NCBI GenBank assembly: GCA_045613205.1
Contig: JAZLAO010000037.1
Location: 14,851-78,850 of the forward strand
DNA length: 64,000 nucleotides
Source: Eubacteriales bacterium
GTDB taxonomy: Bacteria; Bacillota; Clostridia; Oscillospirales; CAG-272
Direction: 5' to 3'
Part shown: positions 25,906-36,171 of the stretch, piece by piece
How positions within the stretch are numbered: position 1 is the first letter of the stretch
Layout of the letters: each line of letters starts with the position of its first letter
Position numbers and translations under genes: made by a program
Notes under the pieces: model-generated
Database searches by the model: none
What the model saw: only the letters and a program-made list of their open reading frames with translations
What the model was told of the DNA's origin: nothing

Positions 25906-28503
25906 TTAACGGAATTTTAATTTGTACATAATACGCCTTATAATCTCAAAAGGAATCACAGTTGATGCTATAAGAATAACGCGAATAACCTCAACGAAGG
26001 ATAGAGGTACTGTGCGAAATACAGTGCCGCCGAAATAAATCATAATAATCTGAATTACAGAAATAAACAGCATTATGAAAATGAACGGTTTGTTTTTGGT
26101 TATTCCCGAAAAAATCGACATGCGCTCGCATCTTGCGCCAAAGCAATTAAAGATTCCCGAAAAGATAAACAGCACGTAGAAAGCAGTCATAAAACAAATA
26201 TTCCCCTCTGATGCGCGGAACATACTGCGAAAGAAATCAAGCCTTAGAAACGCTATACAAAGAAACAGTGTATAAGCGCCCGTGAATGCAATTTGATGAA
26301 GCATTTCTTTTGAGAGTATTGTTTCAGCGCGGCTTTTCGGCTTTTCCTTCATATAGTATTCATGTGCGGCTTCGCCCGAAAAAGCCAATCCGCCGAGGGT
26401 GTCCATAATGATATTTACCCAGAGCATTTGAATGATAGTTATCGGGCTGTCGATGCCGAGAAACTGTCCAACCAGCGAAACTCCGCAAGCTGTCAGATTC
26501 ATAATCAACTGAAACGTTATGAATTTTCTTATCGATTTAAATATAGTTCTGCCGTAAAGTATCGTCCTGTTTATTGAAAAAAAGCTATTGTCAACAAGAA
26601 TTATATCGCCCGCGCCCTTTGCAATATCGGCACCGTTACCCATTGCAAATCCTACGTCGGCAAGCTTTAAAGACGGAGCGTCGTTGACCCCGTCGCCTGT
26701 CATACCGACGACCAGCTCCGCTTCTTGCGAAAGCCTTACGAGCCGTGTCTTATCCTGTGGCAAAGCTCTCGCAAGTACTCTTATGCGCCCGAGAATTTCT
26801 TTAACCTCGCTGTCACTCATTTTGCCAAGCTCGCTCGATGTTATAACAAGCTCCTCGCCCGAGCCCGTCATTATTCCGCACTCTCTGGCTATGGCAGTTG
26901 CGGTTTCCTTTCCGTCTCCCGTCATCATTACTACCTGAACACCGGCACTTTTTACACCTGCAACCGACTCCTTTACGCCTCTGCGGATTTTATCCTTTAG
27001 AACAGCAAGAGCTATAAATATTATTCTTTTCTCACAGGGCGCTCGCATAGCGATAGCAATTACTCGGTTACCCTCTTTTGCAGCATCAAAATAGGCATGC
27101 TCTATTTCTTTTCTGTCAAAATCTATGACCTTTCCATCTCTGTCTAAAGCAGCTTCGGAATGGGAAATCAAGAGTTCAGGTGCGCCTTTTATCAATACAG
27201 TGCCGTCGTCAAGAAGTATTGCGGAATACTTTTTTTCACTTGTAAAAGGTATTTTTTCTATGACGTTTATTTTTTCCGCTGTCTCGTTTTTGAAAAAATC
27301 AGCAAGCGCTCTGTCGGTTCCGTTGCCTCCGATTATAGCTCCTTGGGTTACCGAGGTATCTGTGTTGTATTTCGCATTTAAAGTCAACCATCTGTAGTAA
27401 CTGTTGCTTTTTTTAAGAGAAGATATACTCTTGTAGCTTCCCGCTGCGGTGAAAAAGAAGTCGCATTCAGGCTTTCCCGAGGTGAGCGTTCCTGTTTTAT
27501 CTGTAAAGAGTATATTCATAGACCCTGCGGTTTCTATTCCTACAAGCTTCTTGACGAGGACTCCGTCACGAAGCATTTTTTTCATATTTGCAGATAATAC
27601 CACCGTTATCATCATGGGAAGACCCTCGGGCGCGGCAACCACAACGACCGTTATCATAAGCGTCAGTGCATGTATAAGTGCAGAAAACAGAAACGGAAGG
27701 TCCTTAAACGATGCAATAATCCTTGATGCCACAAAGCCGTTGTCGGCAACAAACGTGTTAAACAAATAGGTCAGCGCAACCACAGCAGCCATAACGTAAC
27801 CTATTTTGCTTATCTGTGAGGCGAACTTGGCAAGACGTACCTTTAAAGGACTTTCTCGCGTTTCGGTTTGAACGTCTCTTGCAACCATTCCGTAATAGGT
27901 GGTAACTCCTACCCTTCCGACTTTCATAACAGCTTCACCGCTTACAATCACACTGCCGCGGAACACCGTTCCCTTGTTTGATAGGTCCCAATCATTTCCG
28001 CTGTCACACTTAATTTTCGTCACGTCACGGCTCTCACCGTTAAGCGCAGATTGGTCGACCTTGATGCTGCCCGAAAGGATAAAACCGTCTGCCTGTATTT
28101 TTTCTCCTGCCGAGAGGTAAAGAATATCGCCTACCACAATTTCGGATATTGGTATTTCGCATATCTCTCCATCTCGCAAAACACGCGCCACAGCACCGTT
28201 GCCGTCCGCCTGCATTTTCAGAAATGCGCGTTCGCTTCCGCACTCGGACGCAGTGGAAACAGTAGTTGCAATGAGAATCGCGCATACTATGCCACCGACT
28301 TCAAAAAAATTGCAGTGCCCAAGTGTAAATATTACCTCTGCGAGAAGCGCAAATATCAGAACCTTGATTATCGGGTCATTAAGATTCTCAAGAAATTTTC
28401 TGAAGAATCCCTTTGTCTTTTCCTTTGTAAGTGAATTGTCACCGTATTTATCCCGTGAATTTAAAACCTCTTCTTTACTCAAACCAAGTCTTTCTTTTTT
28501 CAT
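25906..28503 (-). CDS. P-type IIA cation-transporting ATPase (Ca2+-ATPase-like), paralog 1
   Basis: 865 aa. Phosphorylation site is FTDKTGTLT. Also MMTGDGKETA and hinge TGDGVNDAPSLKLADVGFAMG. About 10 TM segments. Confidence 0.9.
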   Translation of the reverse strand: MKKERLGLSKEEVLNSRDKYGDNSLTKEKTKGFFRKFLENLNDPIIKVLIFALLAEVIFTLGHCNFFEVGGIVCAILIATTVSTASECGSERAFLKMQADGNGAVARVLRDGEICEIPISEIVVGDILYLSAGEKIQADGFILSGSIKVDQSALNGESRDVTKIKCDSGNDWDLSNKGTVFRGSVIVSGEAVMKVGRVGVTTYYGMVARDVQTETRESPLKVRLAKFASQISKIGYVMAAVVALTYLFNTFVADNGFVASRIIASFKDLPFLFSALIHALTLMITVVVVAAPEGLPMMITVVLSANMKKMLRDGVLVKKLVGIETAGSMNILFTDKTGTLTSGKPECDFFFTAAGSYKSISSLKKSNSYYRWLTLNAKYNTDTSVTQGAIIGGNGTDRALADFFKNETAEKINVIEKIPFTSEKKYSAILLDDGTVLIKGAPELLISHSEAALDRDGKVIDFDRKEIEHAYFDAAKEGNRVIAIAMRAPCEKRIIFIALAVLKDKIRRGVKESVAGVKSAGVQVVMMTGDGKETATAIARECGIMTGSGEELVITSSELGKMSDSEVKEILGRIRVLARALPQDKTRLVRLSQEAELVVGMTGDGVNDAPSLKLADVGFAMGNGADIAKGAGDIILVDNSFFSINRTILYGRTIFKSIRKFITFQLIMNLTACGVSLVGQFLGIDSPITIIQMLWVNIIMDTLGGLAFSGEAAHEYYMKEKPKSRAETILSKEMLHQIAFTGAYTLFLCIAFLRLDFFRSMFRASEGNICFMTAFYVLFIFSGIFNCFGARCERMSIFSGITKNKPFIFIMLFISVIQIIMIYFGGTVFRTVPLSFVEVIRVILIASTVIPFEIIRRIMYKLKFR

Positions 28504-28560
28504 ATTAATCTTTGTCCTTTAAATCTTACTAGTAATATATATGACAAAGAACATAAGTAA

Positions 28561-28812
28561 AAGACCACCGACAGCGAATTTGTCTGTCAGCGGTCTTTTT
28601 AAAAAGGTACCCGCGAGGCCGTGTAAGGCAATGTTTAACCCTGTATATACAGGTGGGTGCTCTCTCTGTTACTTTGCGCTTCCAACGTCCGTTTAGGGAG
28701 GGTCAAAGACAGCTCCCGACGGGAGGCCTGCATCCCGATAACAGAAGTCCAAGCTCCCCGGCAAAGTGTGTAGGTCCAAATATCACAATATCACGCACCG
28801 CGCAGGAGGAAT
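28561..28812 (-). promoter_or_regulatory. unclassified structured 5' leader (riboswitch-like) plus terminator hairpin upstream of ATPase paralog 1
   Basis: A GC-rich ~200-nt tract between DUF1292 and the ATPase. The closing helix is ACTTTGC/GCAAAGT (28761..28767 with 28671..28677). Internal hairpins are CTCCC-gac-GGGAG and the palindrome CCTGTATATACAGG. Then a 12/14-bp hairpin (28561..28597) is followed on the minus strand by TTTTACTT, about 55 nt before the ATG. I recognised no known riboswitch consensus. Confidence 0.45.
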
Positions 28813-28820
28813 GGTTTAAA

Positions 28821-29126
28821 TTAGTTTGCATCGTAGTCTATTTCGCTAAAGAAAAGGTCGTTGAAATAGTCCTCAACCTTCTCGAATTCGTCATCATCGT
28901 CAACGCTCTCAAGAATTATATCGTCGCCATCCTCAAACACCTTAAGGATAACGTACTCCTCACTCTCCTCGTCAGCAGGCTCAAGCGCAAAATAAAGCTG
29001 GTCATCAATTTCTGCTCTTGCAATAAGTGCAAAATCCTTTTCCTCGCCAGTTTCCTCGTCGGTAAGAGTGAAAACAGGAGCTTCCTCAAGCTCTTCAAAA
29101 TTCTTGTTTTCGATATTGTCGCTCAT
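28821..29126 (-). CDS. DUF1292-family acidic small protein
   Basis: 101 aa. FTLTDEETGEEKDFALIARAEIDDQLYFALEP is the characteristic DUF1292 core. Very acidic. Confidence 0.75.
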   Translation of the reverse strand: MSDNIENKNFEELEEAPVFTLTDEETGEEKDFALIARAEIDDQLYFALEPADEESEEYVILKVFEDGDDIILESVDDDDEFEKVEDYFNDLFFSEIDYDAN

Positions 29127-29199
29127 ATTTAGTCTCCATTCATATTACTATATTATTGATTATATTTTATTACAGAAATGCCGTAATGTCAAGTGGTAA

Positions 29200-30330
29200 T
29201 TACAGTAAATCAACCAAAATAGTGTTGCTTACGTAAAAACCCTTTTCCGTAAGGGCTATGCGGTCGCCGCAGGCGCTCATATAACCGTTTTCAATATACT
29301 TCTCTATTTTTTCTTTTCTCTCAGACATAAAATCGGTTCCGAAGAGCCTTTTATATTCGCTGATAGATATTCCGTCAGCCGTTCGCAATCCAAGCATAAC
29401 GTATTCAAACGCAAGGTCAGAGAGCGACGTTTTTTTCACTGTACTATATTGTTTCAAATCCAAAGAAATATATTCCGAAATATCGGACGGATTTCCGTAT
29501 CTTCTCCTCTCAAAAAAGGAATACGCTGAAACACCGACACCTATAAAATCCGCTGTCTTCCAATATTTCATATTATGGCGGGACTCGCACCCGGGCTTTG
29601 CGTAATTTGAAATTTCATAGTGAGAATATCCGGCTTTCCTAAAAAGGTCAGCGGCAAGATAATACATATCGCACTCGTCGTCCTCGCTTGGAAAGCTAAG
29701 GTTATCTTTATTCTTCCAGAACTGAGTATTCTCTTCAAGTATCAGACCGTAGACCGATACGTGATTGGGATTAAGAGACAGAATTTTATTAATAGTTTCC
29801 TTGAAGCTTTCCTTCGTCTGCTCTGGAATGCCGTACATAATATCTACGGAAACATTATTTATACCGGATGAGAGGACAGTGTCGTATGCCTCAACAAACT
29901 CATCAAAATCATGAATTCTGCCAAGCATTTTCAGCTCGTTTTCGTGAATTGACTGAATTCCGATACTTACTCGATTAACACCGCGAGAGACGTACGCGGA
30001 GAGCTTCTCAGCACTTACCGTTTTCGGATTTACCTCTACGGTAAACTCTGCGTTTTCTGAAATTTCAAACACCTCGCCTATGGCATCACATATTTTGAAG
30101 AACTCAAAGGGTGTGAGAAGCGAAGGTGTGCCACCCCCGAAGAACACCGTATCAACGGGTATTTTCTCTTCTCTTTTATATCCCAAAATTTCTTTTGTTA
30201 ATCGGGATATGTAGGCATCTCTTATTTTATTTTCAAGATTCGGATAAGAGCAAAAATCACAGTAGTTGCATTTTTTTTTGCAAAAAGGAATATGCACGTA
30301 CAGGCCTATCGGCTTAGCTTTCATCATCAA
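29200..30330 (-). CDS. hemW: radical SAM HemN-like protein (heme chaperone HemW family)
   Basis: The CxxxCxxC radical-SAM cluster motif reads [15 protein letters not shown], and FFGGGTPS follows. It sits immediately downstream of lepA (17-nt overlap), as is common in Firmicutes. Confidence 0.85.
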   Translation of the reverse strand: MMMKAKPIGLYVHIPFCKKKCNYCDFCSYPNLENKIRDAYISRLTKEILGYKREEKIPVDTVFFGGGTPSLLTPFEFFKICDAIGEVFEISENAEFTVEVNPKTVSAEKLSAYVSRGVNRVSIGIQSIHENELKMLGRIHDFDEFVEAYDTVLSSGINNVSVDIMYGIPEQTKESFKETINKILSLNPNHVSVYGLILEENTQFWKNKDNLSFPSEDDECDMYYLAADLFRKAGYSHYEISNYAKPGCESRHNMKYWKTADFIGVGVSAYSFFERRRYGNPSDISEYISLDLKQYSTVKKTSLSDLAFEYVMLGLRTADGISISEYKRLFGTDFMSERKEKIEKYIENGYMSACGDRIALTEKGFYVSNTILVDLL

Positions 30331-32128
30331 GCCTCAATACCGCCATAAACGCCTCGGGGGTCACCTCGACGCTTCCGAGCTTGCGCATCTTCTTTTTACC
30401 TTCCTTCTGCTTTTCAAGAAGCTTCTTCTTTCTCGTGATATCACCGCCGTAGCACTTTGCGAGCACGTCCTTACGCATTGCCTTAACCGTTTCACGAGCG
30501 ATTATTTTTGAGCCTATAGTTGCCTGGATAGGTATTTCGAAGAGCTGACGCGGAATGTTTTCCTTGAGCTTTTCGGCAATCTTTCTTGCCCTCGTATACG
30601 CTCTGTCCTCAAAGACAATAAATGAAAGCGCGTCTACGACTTCACCGTTAAGCATAAAATCAAGTTTTACAAGCTTGGATTCCTTATACCCCTTAAGGTC
30701 GTAATCAAGTGAAGCATACCCTTTTGTTCTGCTTTTCAAGGCATCGAAGAAATCGTATATAATCTCGTTAAGCGGAAGCTCGTAATGAAGCTCCGCGCGC
30801 TCGGTATCAAGATATTTCATATCAATAAATACACCGCGCCTGTCCTGACACAAATCCATTATTCCGCCGATATAATCTGTCGGAGTAATAATAGTTGCGT
30901 TCATTATCGGCTCATACGAGCAATCTATTTCGTCTGCCGTAGGAAATTTTGAGGGGTTATCTATAAGTATTGTTTCGCCGCCTCGCAAATCGACCTTATA
31001 TATAACCGACGGTGCTGTGGTTATGAGGTCAAGATTGAATTCGCGCTCAAGACGCTCCTCAATAATCTCCATATGAAGCAATCCGAGGAATCCGCAGCGG
31101 AATCCAAATCCGAGAGCAATAGATGTTTCGGGCTCAAAAACGAGAGATGCGTCGTTAAGACGAAGCTTTTCGAGAGCATCGCGCAAATCACCGTATCTTG
31201 CTCCATCTGCGGGATATATACCCGAATAAACCATCGGGTGAACGTCACGGAATCCCGGAAGCGGCTCGTCGGCACCGCCCTCTGCAAGAGTTACGGTGTC
31301 ACCGACACGGGTATCACCCACTGTCTTTATAGATGCGGTTATATATCCAACCTCACCCGCTGATAATGAGTCGCACTTTTGAAGTCCGAAGGGCTGCATA
31401 GTGCCAACCTCAACGACCTCAAACACAGTGCCTGCCGCCATAAGCTTGATTTTGTCGCCCGCTCTTACCGTTCCGTCAAAGACTCTTATATAAACTACTA
31501 CTCCAAGATATGAATCGTAATGAGAATCAAATATAAGAGCCTTAAGAGGCTTGCCTGCATCTCCGCTCGGAGCAGGTATATGAGATACTATCTTCTCAAG
31601 AACGTCCTCAATGTTTATTCCGTTTTTAGCCGATATAGCAGGAGAATCGTCAGCTGGAATTCCTATTATATCCTCTATTTCACGCTTTGTCCCCTCAACG
31701 TCAGAGCTTGCCAAATCAATTTTGTTTATAACCGGCAAAATCTCAAGGTCGTTATCTATTGCAAGATATGCGTTAGCAAGAGTCTGCGCCTCAACACCCT
31801 GTGTCGAATCAACAACGAGAAGCGCACCCTCGCAAGCCTTTAGAGAACGCGAAACCTCATATCCGAAGTCAACGTGACCGGGAGTATCTATAAGATTAAA
31901 ATCGTAGTCCTCACCGTTTTGCGCTCTGTAATGCAGCTTTACGGCTCTTGCCTTTATCGTTATTCCGCGCTCACGCTCAAGATCCATGTTGTCGAGGATT
32001 TGCTCCTCCATATCCCTTGTTGCAACAGTACTCGTTTTCTCAAGAAGTCTATCAGCAAGAGTTGATTTTCCGTGGTCGATATGAGCAATTATGGAAAAAT
32101 TTCTGATGTGTTTTTGTTTGTCGTTCAC
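30314..32128 (-). CDS. lepA: translation elongation factor 4 (LepA)
   Basis: 604 aa. [35 protein letters not shown], and the LepA C-terminal domain. Confidence 0.95.
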   Translation of the reverse strand: MNDKQKHIRNFSIIAHIDHGKSTLADRLLEKTSTVATRDMEEQILDNMDLERERGITIKARAVKLHYRAQNGEDYDFNLIDTPGHVDFGYEVSRSLKACEGALLVVDSTQGVEAQTLANAYLAIDNDLEILPVINKIDLASSDVEGTKREIEDIIGIPADDSPAISAKNGINIEDVLEKIVSHIPAPSGDAGKPLKALIFDSHYDSYLGVVVYIRVFDGTVRAGDKIKLMAAGTVFEVVEVGTMQPFGLQKCDSLSAGEVGYITASIKTVGDTRVGDTVTLAEGGADEPLPGFRDVHPMVYSGIYPADGARYGDLRDALEKLRLNDASLVFEPETSIALGFGFRCGFLGLLHMEIIEERLEREFNLDLITTAPSVIYKVDLRGGETILIDNPSKFPTADEIDCSYEPIMNATIITPTDYIGGIMDLCQDRRGVFIDMKYLDTERAELHYELPLNEIIYDFFDALKSRTKGYASLDYDLKGYKESKLVKLDFMLNGEVVDALSFIVFEDRAYTRARKIAEKLKENIPRQLFEIPIQATIGSKIIARETVKAMRKDVLAKCYGGDITRKKKLLEKQKEGKKKMRKLGSVEVTPEAFMAVLRLDDES

Positions 32129-32153
32129 TTTTTTTATTCCTTGCCTTTTAAAT

Positions 32154-33881
32154 TCAGCTTTCCATTATACGTTTTGCATCCTGCTCATAAAGAACGGTCT
32201 TTCTCTTTATGTCTTCTCTGTCCTTTCCGTGAAGCAGAATATAGATTTTGATTTTAGGTTCGGTGCCGGAGGGACGAATTATTATCTTATCGTCACTGTC
32301 GAGAGTGTAGTAAAGAACGTCAGAGGTCGGCTGACCTGTCGGCTCGGTATCGCCCGTCGCAACGTCAAGAACCGTGCCCGTTTTATAGTCGCCTATCTTT
32401 GCTACCTTATATCCACCGATTGAATCAGGCGGATTGTTTCTGAGATTTGACATTATATTGCGCCTTTTTGCAATTCCGTCAAGGCCTTCCATATAAAAAT
32501 CAAGTGTGCGTTCTCCGTAAAATCCGTAGGTTTCGTACAGCTTTTCAAGAGCATCGGAAAGTGTCATTCCGAGCTTTTTGTAGAATGCTGTCATCTCGAG
32601 TATCATCATCGAAGCGCCAACGGCATCCTTGTCCCTTGCGTAAGTTCCGAAAAGGTATCCGTAGCTCTCTTCAAAGCCGATAAGAAATGCATTTCCCGTC
32701 GACACGCCCTCGTAATTTTTAATGACCTCTCCTATATATTTGAAGCCGGTGAGAACGTCGTGAAGCTTGACATTATTATCCTTCGCTATTTTGTAAGCCA
32801 TATCTGTAGAAACGATGCTTTTTACAGAGTAAGCATCCTCGGGAAGCTTTCCTACAGCTCTTCTCTGGCGGATTACATAGTCAAGAAGCAATGCTCCCAT
32901 CTGATTTCCCGTAACAGTAACGAAGCTGCCGTCTTTGGTGCGGGTCATAACTCCGACTCTGTCGGAATCGGGGTCGGTTGCTATTACGATGTCAGAGCCA
33001 ACCTTGTTCGCAAGCTCTATACCCTTCTTGAAAACCTCGGGATATTCGGGATTCGGTTTTTCAACCGTCGGGAAATTTCCGTCCGGTATCATTTGTTCCT
33101 CTACCGCATAAAAATGCTTAAGACCAACCCGCCTAAAAACCTCAGGAACAAGCTTATATCCTGCTCCGTGTATAGGGGTATACACAACATTCAAGTCATC
33201 CGAAACCTCTTTTACTGTATCAGGGTGTATAGAGGTCGAAAGCACGGCTTCTATATACTTTTCATCGAAGCTTTCGTCAAGAACGGTTATCATTCCTGAT
33301 TTGATGCCGTCATCAAAATCTAAAATTCCGTCAGTATCAAAAACGTCGAATTTTGACATAGCATCGGAAACAATTGCAGCTTGTGCGGGGCTTATTTGAG
33401 CACCGTCCTCCCAATAAGCTTTATAGCCGTTATATTCCTTTGGATTATGCGAGGCGGTAATATTTATTCCTGCCATACAGGAAAGCTCGCGCACTGCGTA
33501 TGAAAGCTCAGGAGTAGGTCTTATTCCGTCAAATATATATACGTGTATTCCCGCGCCTGCAAGCACGCGTGCAGAGATGCGCGCAAATCGCTCGGAATTA
33601 TTGCGGGAATCATATGCAATAACGGCTCCGCGGCTCTCACCGCTGTATTTTTTTATCAAATGAGCTATTCCGCGGGTTGCCTGAGCTACGGTGAAACGGT
33701 TCATGCAACCGATTCCCATATACATACCCGAGCGCAATCCGGCAGTACCGAATGTCATCGCTTCGGAAAATCTCAATTCTTTTAAATCCTCGTTATCGCG
33801 AATAGATATAAGCTCTTCTTTCTCGCTTTTTTCAAGCCCATCAAAATTTAACCATCTTTCAAATTCTTGGCTATAATTCAT
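32154..33881 (-). CDS. phosphoglucomutase / phospho-sugar mutase
   Basis: 575 aa. Active-site loop is [13 protein letters not shown], the Mg site is TDPDSDR, and the sugar-binding motif is GFEESYG. Confidence 0.88.
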   Translation of the reverse strand: MNYSQEFERWLNFDGLEKSEKEELISIRDNEDLKELRFSEAMTFGTAGLRSGMYMGIGCMNRFTVAQATRGIAHLIKKYSGESRGAVIAYDSRNNSERFARISARVLAGAGIHVYIFDGIRPTPELSYAVRELSCMAGINITASHNPKEYNGYKAYWEDGAQISPAQAAIVSDAMSKFDVFDTDGILDFDDGIKSGMITVLDESFDEKYIEAVLSTSIHPDTVKEVSDDLNVVYTPIHGAGYKLVPEVFRRVGLKHFYAVEEQMIPDGNFPTVEKPNPEYPEVFKKGIELANKVGSDIVIATDPDSDRVGVMTRTKDGSFVTVTGNQMGALLLDYVIRQRRAVGKLPEDAYSVKSIVSTDMAYKIAKDNNVKLHDVLTGFKYIGEVIKNYEGVSTGNAFLIGFEESYGYLFGTYARDKDAVGASMMILEMTAFYKKLGMTLSDALEKLYETYGFYGERTLDFYMEGLDGIAKRRNIMSNLRNNPPDSIGGYKVAKIGDYKTGTVLDVATGDTEPTGQPTSDVLYYTLDSDDKIIIRPSGTEPKIKIYILLHGKDREDIKRKTVLYEQDAKRIMES

Positions 33882-33900
33882 TCAATAAACCTCTCTTATT

Positions 33901-34158
33901 TTACTTTGTTACGAGAGCCTCCTCGAGCGCTCTTGCAAGCTGGTCGGGACAAGAAGTGCTTTTGAATCCGCACTTTATGCCTTTCAGCCTCGAAATTACC
34001 TCTTCCACCGTCATTCCCTTAACCAGAGCCGATACGCCCATAGTATTACCGGAGCAGCCCGAAACGAACTTACAATCAACTATAACATCATCCTCGACGT
34101 CAATTATAATCTTTCTTGAGCAGGTGCCCTTTGTTGAATATTCAATATGCTTAGTCAT
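33901..34158 (-). CDS. TSCPD-domain small protein
   Basis: 85 aa with GCSGNTMG and KSTSCPDQLARALEE, the TSCPD motif. Confidence 0.75.
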   Translation of the reverse strand: MTKHIEYSTKGTCSRKIIIDVEDDVIVDCKFVSGCSGNTMGVSALVKGMTVEEVISRLKGIKCGFKSTSCPDQLARALEEALVTK

Positions 34159-34175
34159 AAAGATTTTCGTCCTTT

Positions 34176-35132
34176 TTATTCAAGATTTTTATAAAGTCCT
34201 ATAGGAGCATATGCTCCGGAAAACAGAGTAAGATAGATTAATAACAGAGTAAAATCCTTGCCCTCATCACGAAAAACTATAGAATAATACTGTGCGCTGC
34301 CGTCCTCTGTTTCAAAAGAAATGGTGTTTATTCTGTAAAGCGAAATGCCGAATGCTTCTGCCGCACAGAGCAATTCAGATAAAGAAATTGAAGAGTCAAC
34401 ACGAAGTCTTATTTCAAGATACCTGTCATCGTCCTCTTTTACGTCCGGCACGAAAAAATGCTTTGACACCAGAGCATATTTCATATCCGCAAGACCTTCA
34501 AATCCAAAAACCGGAGTTACCGAATTGATTTTCAAATCCTCCTTGAAAAGAAGCTCGGCAACAGACGCAAGCCGTGCGCCCCCCTTTTCCTCAAGAGGAA
34601 GAAGCGCATATTCGGATTCGCCCTTAGAGACAGCCCTTGCTGCTTCAGAAAGACTGAGTGAATACTTAACCCTCGGGTCTTTAAATTCCTCTGAAAAAAC
34701 CTCGTAAGCTTCATCTGCCAGTGAATTCCTCACGTAAGTGAAGGTTTCGGCACCCGATGCCGTAGGCAAAAAATCCTTCTCTGTTATTAGTATTCCCTTT
34801 TCGCCAATCATATCCCTGAATAGCTCAGTGAAAACAATTTTATCGTATCTGCAGTTTGATTTTAGGTATTCGGAGAGTCGCTCGTAATTCTCCTTCAAAG
34901 AATTTTTATGAACCTTTACATCAGGTGTAAAAAATGCTTCCGAAATAACAGAAAGAACCTCGTAAATACCGTATCCCTCACGAAGCATCGCAGCAGCCAT
35001 AGATGCAGCTTCTCGAGCGGGATAGGCGAATTCGCATATTCTTTGCTCTGCTGCTGACGATTGTCCGAGAGAAATCTTTTCAATATTTTCGGCAGTTATA
35101 GCGTTAAAAGTAAAAAGACCGTCGTTATTCAT
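34176..35132 (-). CDS. prephenate dehydratase-like / ACT-like protein, probably non-catalytic
   Basis: 318 aa. The middle segment TFTYVRNSLADEAYEVF...GESEYALLPLEEKGGARLASVAELL resembles the first lobe of the PDT domain. The C-terminus LEIRLRVDSSISLSELLCAAEAFGISLYRINT is ACT-like. The second PDT lobe is absent. Confidence 0.4.
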   Translation of the reverse strand: MNNDGLFTFNAITAENIEKISLGQSSAAEQRICEFAYPAREAASMAAAMLREGYGIYEVLSVISEAFFTPDVKVHKNSLKENYERLSEYLKSNCRYDKIVFTELFRDMIGEKGILITEKDFLPTASGAETFTYVRNSLADEAYEVFSEEFKDPRVKYSLSLSEAARAVSKGESEYALLPLEEKGGARLASVAELLFKEDLKINSVTPVFGFEGLADMKYALVSKHFFVPDVKEDDDRYLEIRLRVDSSISLSELLCAAEAFGISLYRINTISFETEDGSAQYYSIVFRDEGKDFTLLLIYLTLFSGAYAPIGLYKNLE

Positions 35133-35242
35133 AACTACCTCCCTACACCCTAAGGCGAAATCATATTACAATATATTATACTATATATTTAAAAAGAATA
35201 CAATACAGCAAATGAAAATCTTATCATTTTTTTAATTACGTA

Positions 35243-35271
35243 TTGATTTTTTGCAAATTATATGCTATAAT
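35243..35271 (+). promoter_or_regulatory. sigma-A promoter of tRNA-Leu
   Basis: TTGATT, 17-nt spacer, TATAAT. Confidence 0.7.
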
Positions 35272-35297
35272 ATCACTCGTGGTTGACACAACTGTAT

Positions 35298-35384
35298 GCC
35301 GGTATGGTGGAATTGGCAGACGCGTCGGACTCAAAATCCGAAGGTAGCAATACCGTGTCGGTTCGACCCCGACTACCGGCACCA
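35298..35384 (+). tRNA. tRNA-Leu (anticodon CAA)
   Basis: 87-nt class II tRNA. Acceptor GCCGGTA/TACCGGC, anticodon stem TCGGA/TCCGA, loop CTCAAAA, a long variable arm, and T-arm GTCGG-TTCGACC-CCGAC. CCA is encoded. Confidence 0.92.
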
Positions 35385-35390
35385 GAAAAA

Positions 35391-35421
35391 GAGAGCAAGT
35401 TTTCGCTTGCTCTCTTTTTTT
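35391..35421 (+). terminator. rho-independent terminator after tRNA-Leu
   Basis: GAGAGCAAG-ttttcg-CTTGCTCTC followed by TTTTTTT. Confidence 0.85.
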
Positions 35422-35450
35422 CTTTTAAAAATGTATTCTGCTCTGTATTT

Positions 35451-36167
35451 TTACTGCAATTTTACTTTTTTTGCAAACTCCAACAGTTCAAGAAAGCTTC
35501 CGGACGGATATACGGATATATCTTGATTGTCTTTATTTATGAGGCAATCGGTGATAAGAAAAACCTTCATTCCGAGCTTTTCTGCAATCATATCTTCACC
35601 TACGTCATTTCCAACCATAAGAACCTCCTCGGCACTTAGTTGAAGTTTTTTTAAAATATGCTCGTAATAATGAAGATTCGGTTTGCAGAAGTTAGAGTTT
35701 TCATAAGTCGTGTAAAACTCGAAATCAGAAACGTCGAGCCCCGCCCAACGAACACGCTTCTCGGTTGCAATACTCGGGAACAGCGGATTCGTTCCAAGAG
35801 CTACCCGAAAACCCATTTTCTTTATTTCGGCAACTGCTTTTGCAGCTTCAGGGTTGTATCCGCACGACGCGCTTACTTTGTCAAAATCCTCGCAATAGTA
35901 CTCTTCGAAAAAAGGCTCGTCTTTCCTTACGTCTTCCCCGAATATCTCGGAAAACTTATCCCAGAACACCTCTTCGTTAGTCTTACTGCCGTCGTTTTTT
36001 ACCATGGCCTGCGAGCCGAGCCAGATTGCGCCTATCAGCTTTTCCGAATCATATCCGTGCGGGGCAAGCCTTTTTGCAAGCCCACCAAAATAAGCTTTCA
36101 TAAACAGATTCTGATCCATCGGCAAAAGTGTTCCGTCAAGATCGAAAACCACAGCTTTAATTTTCAT
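35451..36167 (-). CDS. HAD-superfamily hydrolase
   Basis: MKIKAVVFDLDGTLL (motif I DxDGT) and MVGNDVGEDM (motif IV). The start is set at the ATG after the fakA stop. Confidence 0.8.
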   Translation of the reverse strand: MKIKAVVFDLDGTLLPMDQNLFMKAYFGGLAKRLAPHGYDSEKLIGAIWLGSQAMVKNDGSKTNEEVFWDKFSEIFGEDVRKDEPFFEEYYCEDFDKVSASCGYNPEAAKAVAEIKKMGFRVALGTNPLFPSIATEKRVRWAGLDVSDFEFYTTYENSNFCKPNLHYYEHILKKLQLSAEEVLMVGNDVGEDMIAEKLGMKVFLITDCLINKDNQDISVYPSGSFLELLEFAKKVKLQ

Positions 36168-36171
36168 AATT

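Noticed and set aside
28606-28618. A T-box-like string GGTACCCGCGAGG on the plus strand
   Set aside because: It is on the wrong strand relative to any downstream gene. It has an extra C compared with the T-box consensus. No Stem I, specifier, AG-box or GNUGGNA elements are present.
28744-28757. An RNase P P4-like string GAAGTCCAAGCTCC on the plus strand
   Set aside because: It is one nt short of the universally conserved GAAAGUCC. Only about 60 nt remain before a bona fide protein-coding gene. No other RNase P conserved regions are present.
28653-29132. A 159-aa plus-strand ORF spanning the structured leader and the DUF1292 gene
   Set aside because: It starts at a non-ATG codon inside the GC-rich RNA-like region and runs antisense through a well-supported DUF1292 ORF.
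23489-35384. The tRNA-Thr and tRNA-Leu genes as possible integration sites of genomic islands
   Set aside because: No integrase or recombinase genes and no direct repeats of the tRNA 3' ends are visible nearby. The flanking genes are ordinary housekeeping genes.
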